37,468 nucleotides of DNA from a virus (Duplodnaviria > Caudoviricetes): IMG/VR virus record IMGVR_UViG_3300012232_000030, positions 1 through 37,468 of that record. One strand, 5' to 3'. Made by a program: the position numbers and the translations under genes. Numbering within the stretch: position 1 is the first letter of the stretch; each line of letters opens with the position of its first letter. Below the pieces are notes generated by a model. That model worked only from the letters and a program-made list of their open reading frames with translations, searched no databases and had not been told where the DNA came from. Below, in pieces: positions 1 through 7,578 of this stretch.

Positions 1-284
1 CTCAGCCCGCGGACGCCTCACACGAAAAATCCAACCTTTGTGTTGACATTCGTTCGCGTTTGTGAATCACATTCGCACGCGTCGCAACGTTGAACGCGTT
101 GGTCATGGCGCCGCACGCCTGCCCCCCACATTTTGTTTTGCCGGGTGCCGGTGGGCGAGGCTTGAACGCTGCGTGTGTGACGCGTTGCATGTGTTGTCGC
201 GTGCGTAATGCCTGTGTGTGGGGGTGGGCTGTGTGTGGTGTGTGCTCGAGGCCGGCGCCGTGTGTTGTGTTGGTGGAGCTCATG

Positions 285-560
285 TCACCAGTTGCGTGAG
301 GGTGTGTCGTTGATGGTTGTGTTGATGATGGTGCGGCGTGTGCGTTGGCTGTTGCATGGTTTGCATGCGGCTCGGAGGTTTGCTTCGTCGAACCATGCGC
401 CGCCTTCGCGCCAGCTGATGATGTGGTCGGCTTCGTTTGCGGTGCCGGTGCATCGGTCCCCGGAGATCTGGCATATTCCCTGGTCTCTTCGGAGGATGCG
501 GATTCGGAGTTGTTTCCAGCGTTTGTCGTGGTAAGGCGTTGACGCGTGACGTTTAGGCAT
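285..560 (-). CDS. HNH endonuclease (terminase-associated)
   Basis: MPKRH...RWKQLRIRILRRDQGICQ...C...ADHII...GG...NLRAACKPCN HNH motif; last gene before the genome end as in cos phages; ATG at 560 preferred to 641. Confidence 0.9.
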   Translation of the reverse strand: MPKRHASTPYHDKRWKQLRIRILRRDQGICQISGDRCTGTANEADHIISWREGGAWFDEANLRAACKPCNSQRTRRTIINTTINDTPSRNW

Positions 561-830
561 GGCTACTTGTGGGTGGCATCGTCGAAGCCTTGGTTGGAGG
601 CACGTGTGTCGCTCACGGTGCGGGCGTCTGTCAAGGGCCAATTGAGTTTGCCTGCCTGCTCGAGCCGTTTGTATGCGGCGAGCGTGATGGCCTGACTGAG
701 GGGGTCCCGGCGGGGAGGGTTGATTCTCTCAATCCTCACCTGGGGTCATCTCCGGTTGGAACGTAACGTAGCAGCAGGCTGTTTGTGTTGCAAACCATTC
801 GTTGGTGCAGCGTGCGGTGGTGTTGCATGG

Positions 831-1397
831 CTAGGCGGCTGTGTCTTCTCTGGTGGGCAACCCGTGTTCGAGGCGCCAGCGGCGTTCGCGGTGGTAGCAG
901 GGGATGCAGAGGGGGCCTCTGGCGGGGATGTTGTGGCAGTTGAGGTCGGACCAGCCGCCTTCGTTGCGGGGTTGCATGTAGCCCTCTCGGCCGGTGGCGT
1001 CGCAGAGTTTGGGGGGTTCGGTGATGCGGGTGGCGATGGCTTGGTTGATGATGCGGGCGAGTTCGTTGTGCATGACGGTGATTCCGTGGACGTGTGCGGC
1101 GAGGTCGGCGAGCTGGTCGCCGATCTGGTTGCGTTTGAGTGCGGCGTCTTCGACGGTGGTGACGGGGACTTGGTCGGTGACGGGGCGGCCAGCATGGTCG
1201 GTGAGTGGTTCACCGTCGGAGCCTTCCAACTGGACTCGGATGCATCGTTGGCCGCGGGGGCCGGTGCTGTTGGTGGTGGTGGGGTAGCCGTCCAACGTGT
1301 GGAGTTGGTGGAGGAGGTGGTCGATGGCTTGGTCGATGCGGGCGGCGTTGTTGGCGGCTTGGATGCTGGCGCGGTCGAGGTCGGCCCGGTAGCTCAT
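831..1397 (-). CDS. Hypothetical protein with C-terminal Cys cluster (possible Zn-binding late regulator)
   Basis: MSYRADLDR... start follows GAGAGG RBS and overlaps the upstream stop (ATGA); C-terminal LCD...CHN...LCIPCY. Confidence 0.7.
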   Translation of the reverse strand: MSYRADLDRASIQAANNAARIDQAIDHLLHQLHTLDGYPTTTNSTGPRGQRCIRVQLEGSDGEPLTDHAGRPVTDQVPVTTVEDAALKRNQIGDQLADLAAHVHGITVMHNELARIINQAIATRITEPPKLCDATGREGYMQPRNEGGWSDLNCHNIPARGPLCIPCYHRERRWRLEHGLPTREDTAA

Positions 1398-1573
1398 ATG
1401 GGTTGCCTCTCGGTTTTGGGTGGTCGGCCTGTGGTGGCTTCGGGGGTGAGGCCTCGGTGTTGGCGGGCGCGGCGGAGGAACACTTTCCAGATGGCGGGGT
1501 ATTGGGCGCGGACCCATCGGGCGGCTTGTCGTTCGGCGTCTTGCCAGGCGTATTCGGATGGGGTGGCGGTCAT
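1394..1573 (-). CDS. Hypothetical protein, 59 aa (not in ORF track)
   Basis: Translated by hand: MTATPSEYAWQDAERQAARWVRAQYPAIWKVFLRRARQHRGLTPEATTGRPPKTERQPI; ATGA overlaps at both ends. Confidence 0.7.
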   Translation of the reverse strand: MTATPSEYAWQDAERQAARWVRAQYPAIWKVFLRRARQHRGLTPEATTGRPPKTERQPI

Positions 1574-1827
1574 GGTTCGGTGCGGGGTGGGAGGGTTGGG
1601 GTGGGGTTGCGTGGGCGTCTGGTGGCGATGACGGTGGCTTCCCAGTCCCAGATGTGTCGGTGGTCGCCGCGGGTGTCGTAGTCGTCGGCTGTGGCGTCGA
1701 TGGCGAGTTGCCAGTCTTCGGGGTTGGCGACGGTTTGTTGGAGGCGGTTGCGGGCTGTTGCGATGAGGTCGGTTTCGGTGGTGCCGTGGATGGTGTAGGT
1801 GAGGCGGTCGAGGCGGGTGTGTGGCAT
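1570..1827 (-). CDS. Hypothetical protein, 85 aa
   Basis: MPHTRLDRLTYTIHG...; TAATG coupling to the helicase stop; only this 3' part of track ORF 1570..3273 looks coding. Confidence 0.7.
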   Translation of the reverse strand: MPHTRLDRLTYTIHGTTETDLIATARNRLQQTVANPEDWQLAIDATADDYDTRGDHRHIWDWEATVIATRRPRNPTPTLPPRTEP

Positions 1828-3026
1828 TAGAAGGGTTCCTCGTCTGTGAGGGCGCGTTGGGTGTAGTCGGGGGGCTGTGGATATGTGACGCTGGGAACAG
1901 GGGACTCTCTTAAGAGAGTCCCCCTGGTTCCCATTTGCGTGGGGTCCTGGTTCCGGCCGGTTCCTGTAGTGGTTTTGCAGGGGTTTTGTGTTGGTCCCGT
2001 CCCCTGGTTCTGGGTGGCTGTGGATAAGGTGGTACCGGAACCACTTTGGGGCCTGCAAAGCCGCATCTGGTCCTCTTTCCGATACTTGACTGCAGCGACC
2101 ACAACGGCCCGCCTGGTGCCGTTCCCTGCTGCTTTCAACGCTGTCCCTGCGACCCTGGTGGATGCGTCGACGGGTACGTTCAACTCGTCGAGTGCGCGTG
2201 CCGTATCGGCGGTCCCTGCGGGCCAGACGGGCCCGTCTGCGAGGCTGTAGCGGATCGGGTCGTGCTCGAGGACGATCTTCGTTTCGTCGGGCACCCACCC
2301 CATGCGACGCTTCTTCGCTTTGAGGGTGAGGATGCTGTTGTCGGCTTTCGTCATCTGCCAGACGACGTCGACGTCGTCGTTTTTGGCTGAGGAGCCGCGT
2401 TGACCTTTGTCGAGGTCTTTGCCGGCGTGGTCGATGCGGACGAAGGCGCGTCCTTCGGTTTTCAGGTGCAACCCGGTCCACCGGTACCAGTCGCGGATGG
2501 TGTCGGCGTCGTTTTCTTTGCCTTTGACGGCCCTGGAGAATGTGTCGATGATGACGAGGGCTGCATTGACTGATCGTGCGAGCTCGACGACGGCTTTGCC
2601 GCCTTCTGGAGAGTCGAGCGGGTCGATGGATGGGAGTAGGGCGTAGTGGAGGTGTGTGAGGTCGGTTGCGGGGCCGTAGCCCATGTCTTCGAGGCGTTCG
2701 GCGAGGTCGGCGTTGGTCATCTCGAAGTCGAGGTAGAGGACGTCGATGGCTGCTTGTGGGCCTGTGAGTGCGGGGGTTCCGATGGCTGCTTGGACGGCGA
2801 GCCAGAGCGCGAACAGGGATTTGCCGGTGCCGCCTGGTGCGTAGATGGCGACTGAGCGGCCCGAAGGGATGACGGGTTCGATGAGCCAGTCGGCCAGGTT
2901 GTGGTCGATGCCCCAGAATTCGGGCCAGTTGATGAGCATGCCGTCGGGGGTGTGGCCGTTGGTGAGGGGTGTTCCGGTTTGGATGGCGTAGCGGGCGCGG
3001 GCGATGAGTTCGGTTACGTCGCCCAT
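1827..3026 (-). CDS. RepA/AAA_25-like replicative helicase (P-loop ATPase)
   Basis: Walker A APGGTGKS, VLYLDFEM, Walker B LVIIDT, IDHAGK..RGSSA motifs; start MGDVTEL at 3026. Confidence 0.88.
   Translation of the reverse strand: MGDVTELIARARYAIQTGTPLTNGHTPDGMLINWPEFWGIDHNLADWLIEPVIPSGRSVAIYAPGGTGKSLFALWLAVQAAIGTPALTGPQAAIDVLYLDFEMTNADLAERLEDMGYGPATDLTHLHYALLPSIDPLDSPEGGKAVVELARSVNAALVIIDTFSRAVKGKENDADTIRDWYRWTGLHLKTEGRAFVRIDHAGKDLDKGQRGSSAKNDDVDVVWQMTKADNSILTLKAKKRRMGWVPDETKIVLEHDPIRYSLADGPVWPAGTADTARALDELNVPVDASTRVAGTALKAAGNGTRRAVVVAAVKYRKEDQMRLCRPQSGSGTTLSTATQNQGTGPTQNPCKTTTGTGRNQDPTQMGTRGTLLRESPVPSVTYPQPPDYTQRALTDEEPF
1873..2045. promoter_or_regulatory. Putative replication origin: 24-bp palindrome, GGTTCC-like iterons and two DnaA-box matches
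   Basis: Perfect palindrome GGGGACTCTCTTAAGAGAGTCCCC at 1900-1923; TTATCCACA on minus at 2019-2027 and an 8/9 match at 1876-1884; repeated CTGGTTC/GGTTCC/GGAACC. Confidence 0.6.
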
Positions 3027-3439
3027 CGTTCCGCCCTTCCCATTGCGGCGTCCGCTTCCGCTTCTGTGATGACGCCGGCTTGGGTGGCGTCGATGATGCG
3101 TGCGATCCACGCGGCGAATGATGCTTCACCGCGGGCGATGCCTCGTGTGCGGTCCCAGACGGCTTTGTCGACGTCTGACAGCTGGTCGTAGACGGGCCCT
3201 TGGTCGACCATCCAGTCCGGATACAGGATGCGTTGTTTCTGGTCGTCGAGCTGCCGTTGGAGTGCTCGGGCACACCAGTCGCATGGGTCTCCGGGGTGGC
3301 CGTACCAGCTGGCCCCGCAGTCGCATTCGATGAGTTGTTCGGTGTGTTCGAGGGCGGCGATGGTGGCGACCAGTTCGGCGACGGCCGGCCTGGCCCATCG
3401 GACCGCGGCCGTCCACGTCGTACTGGTCGCCGTCGCCAT
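3014..3439 (-). CDS. Hypothetical replication-module protein with CxC...CxxC (Zn-binding)
   Basis: ECDCGASW...PCDWC; lies between the SSB-like gene and the helicase, overlapping both. Confidence 0.7.
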   Translation of the reverse strand: MATATSTTWTAAVRWARPAVAELVATIAALEHTEQLIECDCGASWYGHPGDPCDWCARALQRQLDDQKQRILYPDWMVDQGPVYDQLSDVDKAVWDRTRGIARGEASFAAWIARIIDATQAGVITEAEADAAMGRAERWAT

Positions 3440-3855
3440 CAGAACGGTTCTTCGTCGTCTGTCGCGGGGATGTTGAGGGGTGTGGAGTCGGGGGTCCAGC
3501 GGGCCTGGTAGGTGGGCTGCGCCCGGTCATCCGGCGGGTCTTCGGTGACGGCGATCTTGAGGCGGTCTCCGTTCTTGGCGGGTTGTCCGGAGGCGCGGAT
3601 TGCTTCGGAGATGGCGCGTTGCCCAGCCTCTTTCAGTGAGAAGCGGACGGTGTCGCCGCTGTCGGTTTGGACGGCCAAAACCCATTCGGTTCTCGGGGCG
3701 CCGGTTTTGCGGTTCAATACGGGTGCGCCTTCGAAGGTCATCGGTCGTTGTTCGAATGAGATGACGCGGCCTTCTATCGTGCCGTGTTCTTTGCGGGTGA
3801 GTTTGGTCCAGTCGCCGCCGATGGCTTGGGCTGCGGTGTTGATGTCGTTGCTCAT
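3439..3855 (-). CDS. Putative single-stranded DNA-binding protein
   Basis: OB-fold-like beta pattern (IEGRVISFEQR...EWVLAVQTD...GDRLKIAVT), acidic tail DDEEPF, position after the exonuclease. Confidence 0.65.
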   Translation of the reverse strand: MSNDINTAAQAIGGDWTKLTRKEHGTIEGRVISFEQRPMTFEGAPVLNRKTGAPRTEWVLAVQTDSGDTVRFSLKEAGQRAISEAIRASGQPAKNGDRLKIAVTEDPPDDRAQPTYQARWTPDSTPLNIPATDDEEPF

Positions 3856-4955
3856 GCTGTGTTCCTTTGTGGTGGTGTTGATGTGTGGATCGCAGAGGTT
3901 TGGGCGGCGAGAGACCGCATGTCGGGTGGTGTTTCCAATTCGTCCAACAGTTGGGCGATGCCGGTGAGGTCGGTGGGGTGGAGGCCTCTAGCCCGGAATA
4001 GTTCCCGACGTTTCGGGGACAGCTGCTTGTATCGGGCGAGGAGTTCTTCGCGTTCGATTGCGAATGCTTTGGCTTCGGCTTCCTTGAATGACATCCCGAA
4101 CCATTCCTTTGATCGTGTCGGTGCCGTAGGCGCCTTCTCTGGGGCGCCGGCGGGGACGTCGATCTTCTTGACGGCGCCCTTCCCGTAGTTGTGTTTCTTC
4201 CGCCAGTCCACAACGCTCAGTGCGAGGGTGGCGCCGGCCAATCCGTGGGCCATGTCGACCCGCCAGAGTTCGCCGACGTCGTGTTGGTCGTCGCAGTGGA
4301 TGACGTAGGCGTCGTCGTAGTTGATGCCGTCGGGCATGGTGGTCCATTCGGTGACTGTGGAGCGGTCCCCGTCCCGGTCGACCTTCGCCGATGTGTGTGG
4401 TGCGTACAGGTACAACGCGAATTGGGTGAGGGTGGTGTGCGGGTAGAGGACGGCGTTGACGCCGCCTTTCAAGTCGAACAGGGTGGGTGCGCCTTGGTAT
4501 TGGAGGATGGCGTCGTAGCGGCCGACGACGGCGTGGTCTGGCCAGGCGACGAATTGTTCGACCCGGTCGGGCATCGGCTCCAGCTGGTAGGCGTCCAAGG
4601 TGCGTTGGAGTATCTGGTTGTCGGCGCGTTGCTGGTCGGTGATGAACTCTGTCTGCCCCAACAAGGTGAGTTCGAGTACTCGGTGGCGTTGGGTGCCGCG
4701 GTCGGCGCGGGCATGCGATTTCGCGACTCGTTCAGCGTCGGCGCAGACGGTTTGGACGAGTTCCCTGTTGTCCAAGTCGACGGCGGCCCGCTCCCTAAGG
4801 GTGGGGTCTAGGGTGAATCCGATGCCGATTTGTCGTTTCATGTATTGTTCGATGGCGAACCGGTCGGCGCAGATTTGGGCGACTTTGGATGCGCTTTTTA
4901 CTCGTTTGCCGTCGAGCCAGTAGGCGTGATCCTGATCGGCGTACACCAGTTTCAT
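3852..4955 (-). CDS. PD-(D/E)xK (RecB/Cas4-like) exonuclease
   Basis: HAYWLDGKRVKSASKV, RGTQRH, E...VGRYD, LFDLKGG, QFALY motifs; ATG at 4955 after GAAGGA. Confidence 0.8.
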   Translation of the reverse strand: MKLVYADQDHAYWLDGKRVKSASKVAQICADRFAIEQYMKRQIGIGFTLDPTLRERAAVDLDNRELVQTVCADAERVAKSHARADRGTQRHRVLELTLLGQTEFITDQQRADNQILQRTLDAYQLEPMPDRVEQFVAWPDHAVVGRYDAILQYQGAPTLFDLKGGVNAVLYPHTTLTQFALYLYAPHTSAKVDRDGDRSTVTEWTTMPDGINYDDAYVIHCDDQHDVGELWRVDMAHGLAGATLALSVVDWRKKHNYGKGAVKKIDVPAGAPEKAPTAPTRSKEWFGMSFKEAEAKAFAIEREELLARYKQLSPKRRELFRARGLHPTDLTGIAQLLDELETPPDMRSLAAQTSAIHTSTPPQRNTA

Positions 4956-5245
4956 TAGGCGGTCCTTCGGGTGTGTCCGGGGTGTTGCGTATACCAGTAG
5001 AGGCGGGCTTGGTGGGGGGTCATTGCGGCGATGACGACGCCTCTCGGCGGGTCGGGCCATTCGCCCAAATAGTTGCGGCACTGCTGTTGGACGGGGCAGG
5101 AGTGGCAGATGGCTAACGCGTTGGCCAGTTTGATGCGGGTGTGTGGTGATGCGTACACCCCGTTGCGGCCGTGTCGTTTGTCGTCGATGACGAAGACGCC
5201 GGTGTCGACGCCGTTGCATGCGGCATCCTCCTGCCAGTCGTTCAC
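4955..5245 (-). CDS. whiB: WhiB-like transcription factor
   Basis: DWQEDAAC...F...AICHSCPVQQQC four-Cys pattern; GTG start after GAGGAGG; GVWGG turn is degenerate (GVVIAA). Confidence 0.8.
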   Translation of the reverse strand: MNDWQEDAACNGVDTGVFVIDDKRHGRNGVYASPHTRIKLANALAICHSCPVQQQCRNYLGEWPDPPRGVVIAAMTPHQARLYWYTQHPGHTRRTA

Positions 5246-5282
5246 GCCGCCTCCTCGAGGAACATGCCGATTCGTTCTCGGG

Positions 5283-6680
5283 TCATGGGTCGCCGTAGTT
5301 CTTTCTGTCGCCGGTGGCGTTTGGGTTTCCGTGTTGGTAGCCGACGCGGAATCGTGGGTTGCCGGTGGGGTTGTGTGGGCTTTCCGGTTGGGTGCCCGGT
5401 TCGGGGGTGTCGGCTTCTTGGAGGAACATGCCGATGCGTTGGCGGGCGAGCCAGTAGTTGTCGGCGTCGATGTCGATGCCGACGGCGTCGCGGCCTTGTT
5501 CGGTGGCGGCGGCGAGGGTGGTGCCTGAGCCGGCGAACGGGTCCAACACGATGCCGCGGCGGTAGTTGTCGTGGCCGCAATCCGACCAACCGAGAGTTTC
5601 GTAGAGTTGGCCGCGTGCGCCGGCGTCCTCGCCGTTGTCGAGCGATCCAACGCCACCCTTATCCGCTAGGTGTCGGGCCGCGGTGGCGTCGGTGTGTTGA
5701 CCTTTGGTCATGTTCGATTTGGCGGCCCGGAACGCTTCGTATTCGGGCGTCTTGCCGACGATTCTCCGCCGCGGTTCCCCGCATACCCGGCAGACATGCT
5801 GGGGGCACATGAGTCGGATGAGTCGTCGGGGTAGGGCGATGGGGAAGGTGGCGTAGTGGGCGCCGGCGTAGGGTTGGGTGGGGATCGTCCAGGCCTGGTG
5901 TTCGGTGGGGTCGTCTTCGTCGAGTTGCCAGTAGTCGAGCGGCGGCGCACCCGCACCGTCGTTGTTGCGGTCGGCGAGCGTTGCCCGGTTGCCGTCCGCC
6001 GACGTCTTGGCGGTGCGTTGCTGCGACTTGACGCCCTGCGCCGTGCGCGGGTGGCTATTGGCGCTGTAGTCGGTGCGTTCGGCGTCGAGGTCGAACCATC
6101 GGTCCCTTCGCATGCAGGCGATGGTGACGTAGCTGGTGGAGGGGCGGCACTTGTCGCCGAGGGCGCCGACGGGCGGGTTCGGCCTGTGCCAGACGATCAG
6201 GTTGCGTACCCGCCACGGGTCCAACGTGTCGTCCGGGTGGAGGAGGTTGCGGCCGTAGGCGAGGCTCGCCGGGTACAAGGTGGGGAGCAGACACAGCGAC
6301 TTGTCGAGCGGCCAACCGCGGCCCTTGTCAATGGTGGGGGCGACGGCGGCGAGGTTGCGGTATCGCTCTACGGCCTCGTTGCCGGAGCGGTGCCATCCCG
6401 TCTCGTTGTTGCCGCTGTAGGTGTCGCCGAGCTCCACACACAGAGAGCCGTGCGGTGCCAGCACACGCCGCCACTCACGGGTCAACGCCAACAGCGTCGA
6501 CAGGAACGCGGCCGGGGTCGCCTCCGACCCGATCTCGAGGTGTTTGTCGGGGTGGTCGGCGGGCAGATACGAGCGCAATGCGAGGAACGGTGGCGACGTG
6601 ACGATCAGGTCGATGGATGCGTCGGGGATGCCGGCCATGACGTCGAAGGCGTCGCCCACATAGAACGTGGCGACACTCAC
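5283..6680 (-). CDS. DNA N4-cytosine/N6-adenine methyltransferase (beta class)
   Basis: N-terminal catalytic motif IVTSPPF, HYATFP, C-terminal SAM motif VLDPFAGSGTT; GTG start at 6680 overlapping the upstream TGA. Confidence 0.92.
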   Translation of the reverse strand: MSVATFYVGDAFDVMAGIPDASIDLIVTSPPFLALRSYLPADHPDKHLEIGSEATPAAFLSTLLALTREWRRVLAPHGSLCVELGDTYSGNNETGWHRSGNEAVERYRNLAAVAPTIDKGRGWPLDKSLCLLPTLYPASLAYGRNLLHPDDTLDPWRVRNLIVWHRPNPPVGALGDKCRPSTSYVTIACMRRDRWFDLDAERTDYSANSHPRTAQGVKSQQRTAKTSADGNRATLADRNNDGAGAPPLDYWQLDEDDPTEHQAWTIPTQPYAGAHYATFPIALPRRLIRLMCPQHVCRVCGEPRRRIVGKTPEYEAFRAAKSNMTKGQHTDATAARHLADKGGVGSLDNGEDAGARGQLYETLGWSDCGHDNYRRGIVLDPFAGSGTTLAAATEQGRDAVGIDIDADNYWLARQRIGMFLQEADTPEPGTQPESPHNPTGNPRFRVGYQHGNPNATGDRKNYGDP

Positions 6681-6991
6681 GAGACGTCTCGTTCGTGCAA
6701 CAGGTAGCGGGCGCCCTTCGTGGATTGCTGCCAGCCGTGGACGACGAGCCGCCACCCGGCGGCGCGTAGGGCGGGGGTGGCGTCGGCTTCGGCGATCTTG
6801 CGGCAGCGGGCCGAGATGTTCGTGTACGACGTGGCTTGCACACCCATCGTCTCCGGGCCGCGGAGTGCGACGATGTCGAGGATTTCGAACAGGTCGTGTC
6901 GGGTCATCGACCGGTGGTCCCAGTGTTCGGTGATGGCGACCGTCCATCCGTCGGCGCGGAGATGACGGAGCGACAACTGCATCGGCGTCAT
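6677..6991 (-). CDS. Small PD-(D/E)xK nuclease / Holliday-junction resolvase-like protein
   Basis: LRADGWTV...DLFEILDIVAL...GVQAT pattern of the restriction-endonuclease-like fold. Confidence 0.65.
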   Translation of the reverse strand: MTPMQLSLRHLRADGWTVAITEHWDHRSMTRHDLFEILDIVALRGPETMGVQATSYTNISARCRKIAEADATPALRAAGWRLVVHGWQQSTKGARYLLHERDVS

Positions 6992-6992
6992 G

Positions 6993-7490
6993 TCACCGGG
7001 TTGCTGGTAGCTGCGGCGAGGGCGTGTCAGGCAGGGTCGTTGTTGACGTGGTGGACGAGGTTGCGGGCAGCGTCGATGACGTTGTGGTGGGGGACGTTGC
7101 CGCAGTAGTGCTCGTGCTTATCGAGGGCGGCGACGAGGTTGTCGTAATCGACGCGACGGACGACGACGACGTCGTCGCGGGCACCACCGTCGATGAGGTC
7201 GACGAGGTACTCGTCGAGGCTGGGGCCGTCGTGCTTGTTGATGATGGGACCTCCGTGGTCGAAGTGGTTGTGGTTGATGTCGGCGAGACGGTGGTCGTGG
7301 TAGTCGTCGTATGGCATGTCCCCTCCGATGCGTCGGGATGCTGGTCGAGGAACTGGTAGTAGGTGGCTTCGTCGGTGAACGTGTATGTCTGCCCGTCGAG
7401 GCAGATGGTTCCGTCACCCCACGCACCGGCGGTGGTGCCGTAGGCGATGAGTGCGGCGCCGATGGCGAGGGCGGCGAGGAGACGCTTCAA
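6993..7490 (-). CDS. Secreted protein with Thr/Ser-rich stalk ending LPATR
   Basis: Signal peptide MKRLLAALAIGAALIAYGTTAGA, small two-Cys domain, ~100-aa T/S-rich tract; TTG start after GAAGGA. Confidence 0.75.
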   Translation of the reverse strand: MKRLLAALAIGAALIAYGTTAGAWGDGTICLDGQTYTFTDEATYYQFLDQHPDASEGTCHTTTTTTTVSPTSTTTTSTTEVPSSTSTTAPASTSTSSTSSTVVPATTSSSSVASITTTSSPPSISTSTTAATSPTTTSSTLPATSSTTSTTTLPDTPSPQLPATR

Positions 7491-7525
7491 TTGGGGTGTC
7501 CTTCAATTTGTTGGGGGGGTGGTGG

Positions 7526-7567
7526 GTGTCGGGCCTGCCCCCGGCGGAACAAGGGCAGGCCCGACAC
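7526..7567. repeat. Perfect 15-bp inverted repeat (hairpin), 12-nt loop
   Basis: GTGTCGGGCCTGCCC (7526-7540) / GGGCAGGCCCGACAC (7553-7567); intergenic; no U-tract. Confidence 0.8.
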
Positions 7568-7578
7568 TGCTCGGCCGG

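Noticed and set aside
43-72. TTGACA at 43-48 as a plus-strand promoter, and TGTGA-A-TCACA as a CRP site
   Set aside because: No good -10 at 17-18 bp, and the half-site spacing is 1 bp rather than the 6 bp needed for CRP
2-283. 93-aa minus-strand ORF after HNH
   Set aside because: Low-complexity His/Thr/Pro content mirrors the TG-rich end region and there are no motifs; probably non-coding cos-proximal DNA
720-1631. 303-aa plus-strand ORF
   Set aside because: Antisense shadow of coupled minus-strand genes; Gly/Val/Ala composition typical of high-GC reverse frames
1828-3273. 5' part of the 567-aa ORF 1570..3273
   Set aside because: Arg/Pro-rich alternative frame overlapping the helicase; only the last 85 codons look real
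3852-4955. Cas4-like nuclease as evidence of CRISPR-Cas
   Set aside because: No repeat-spacer array or other cas genes seen; it sits in a normal exonuclease-SSB recombination module
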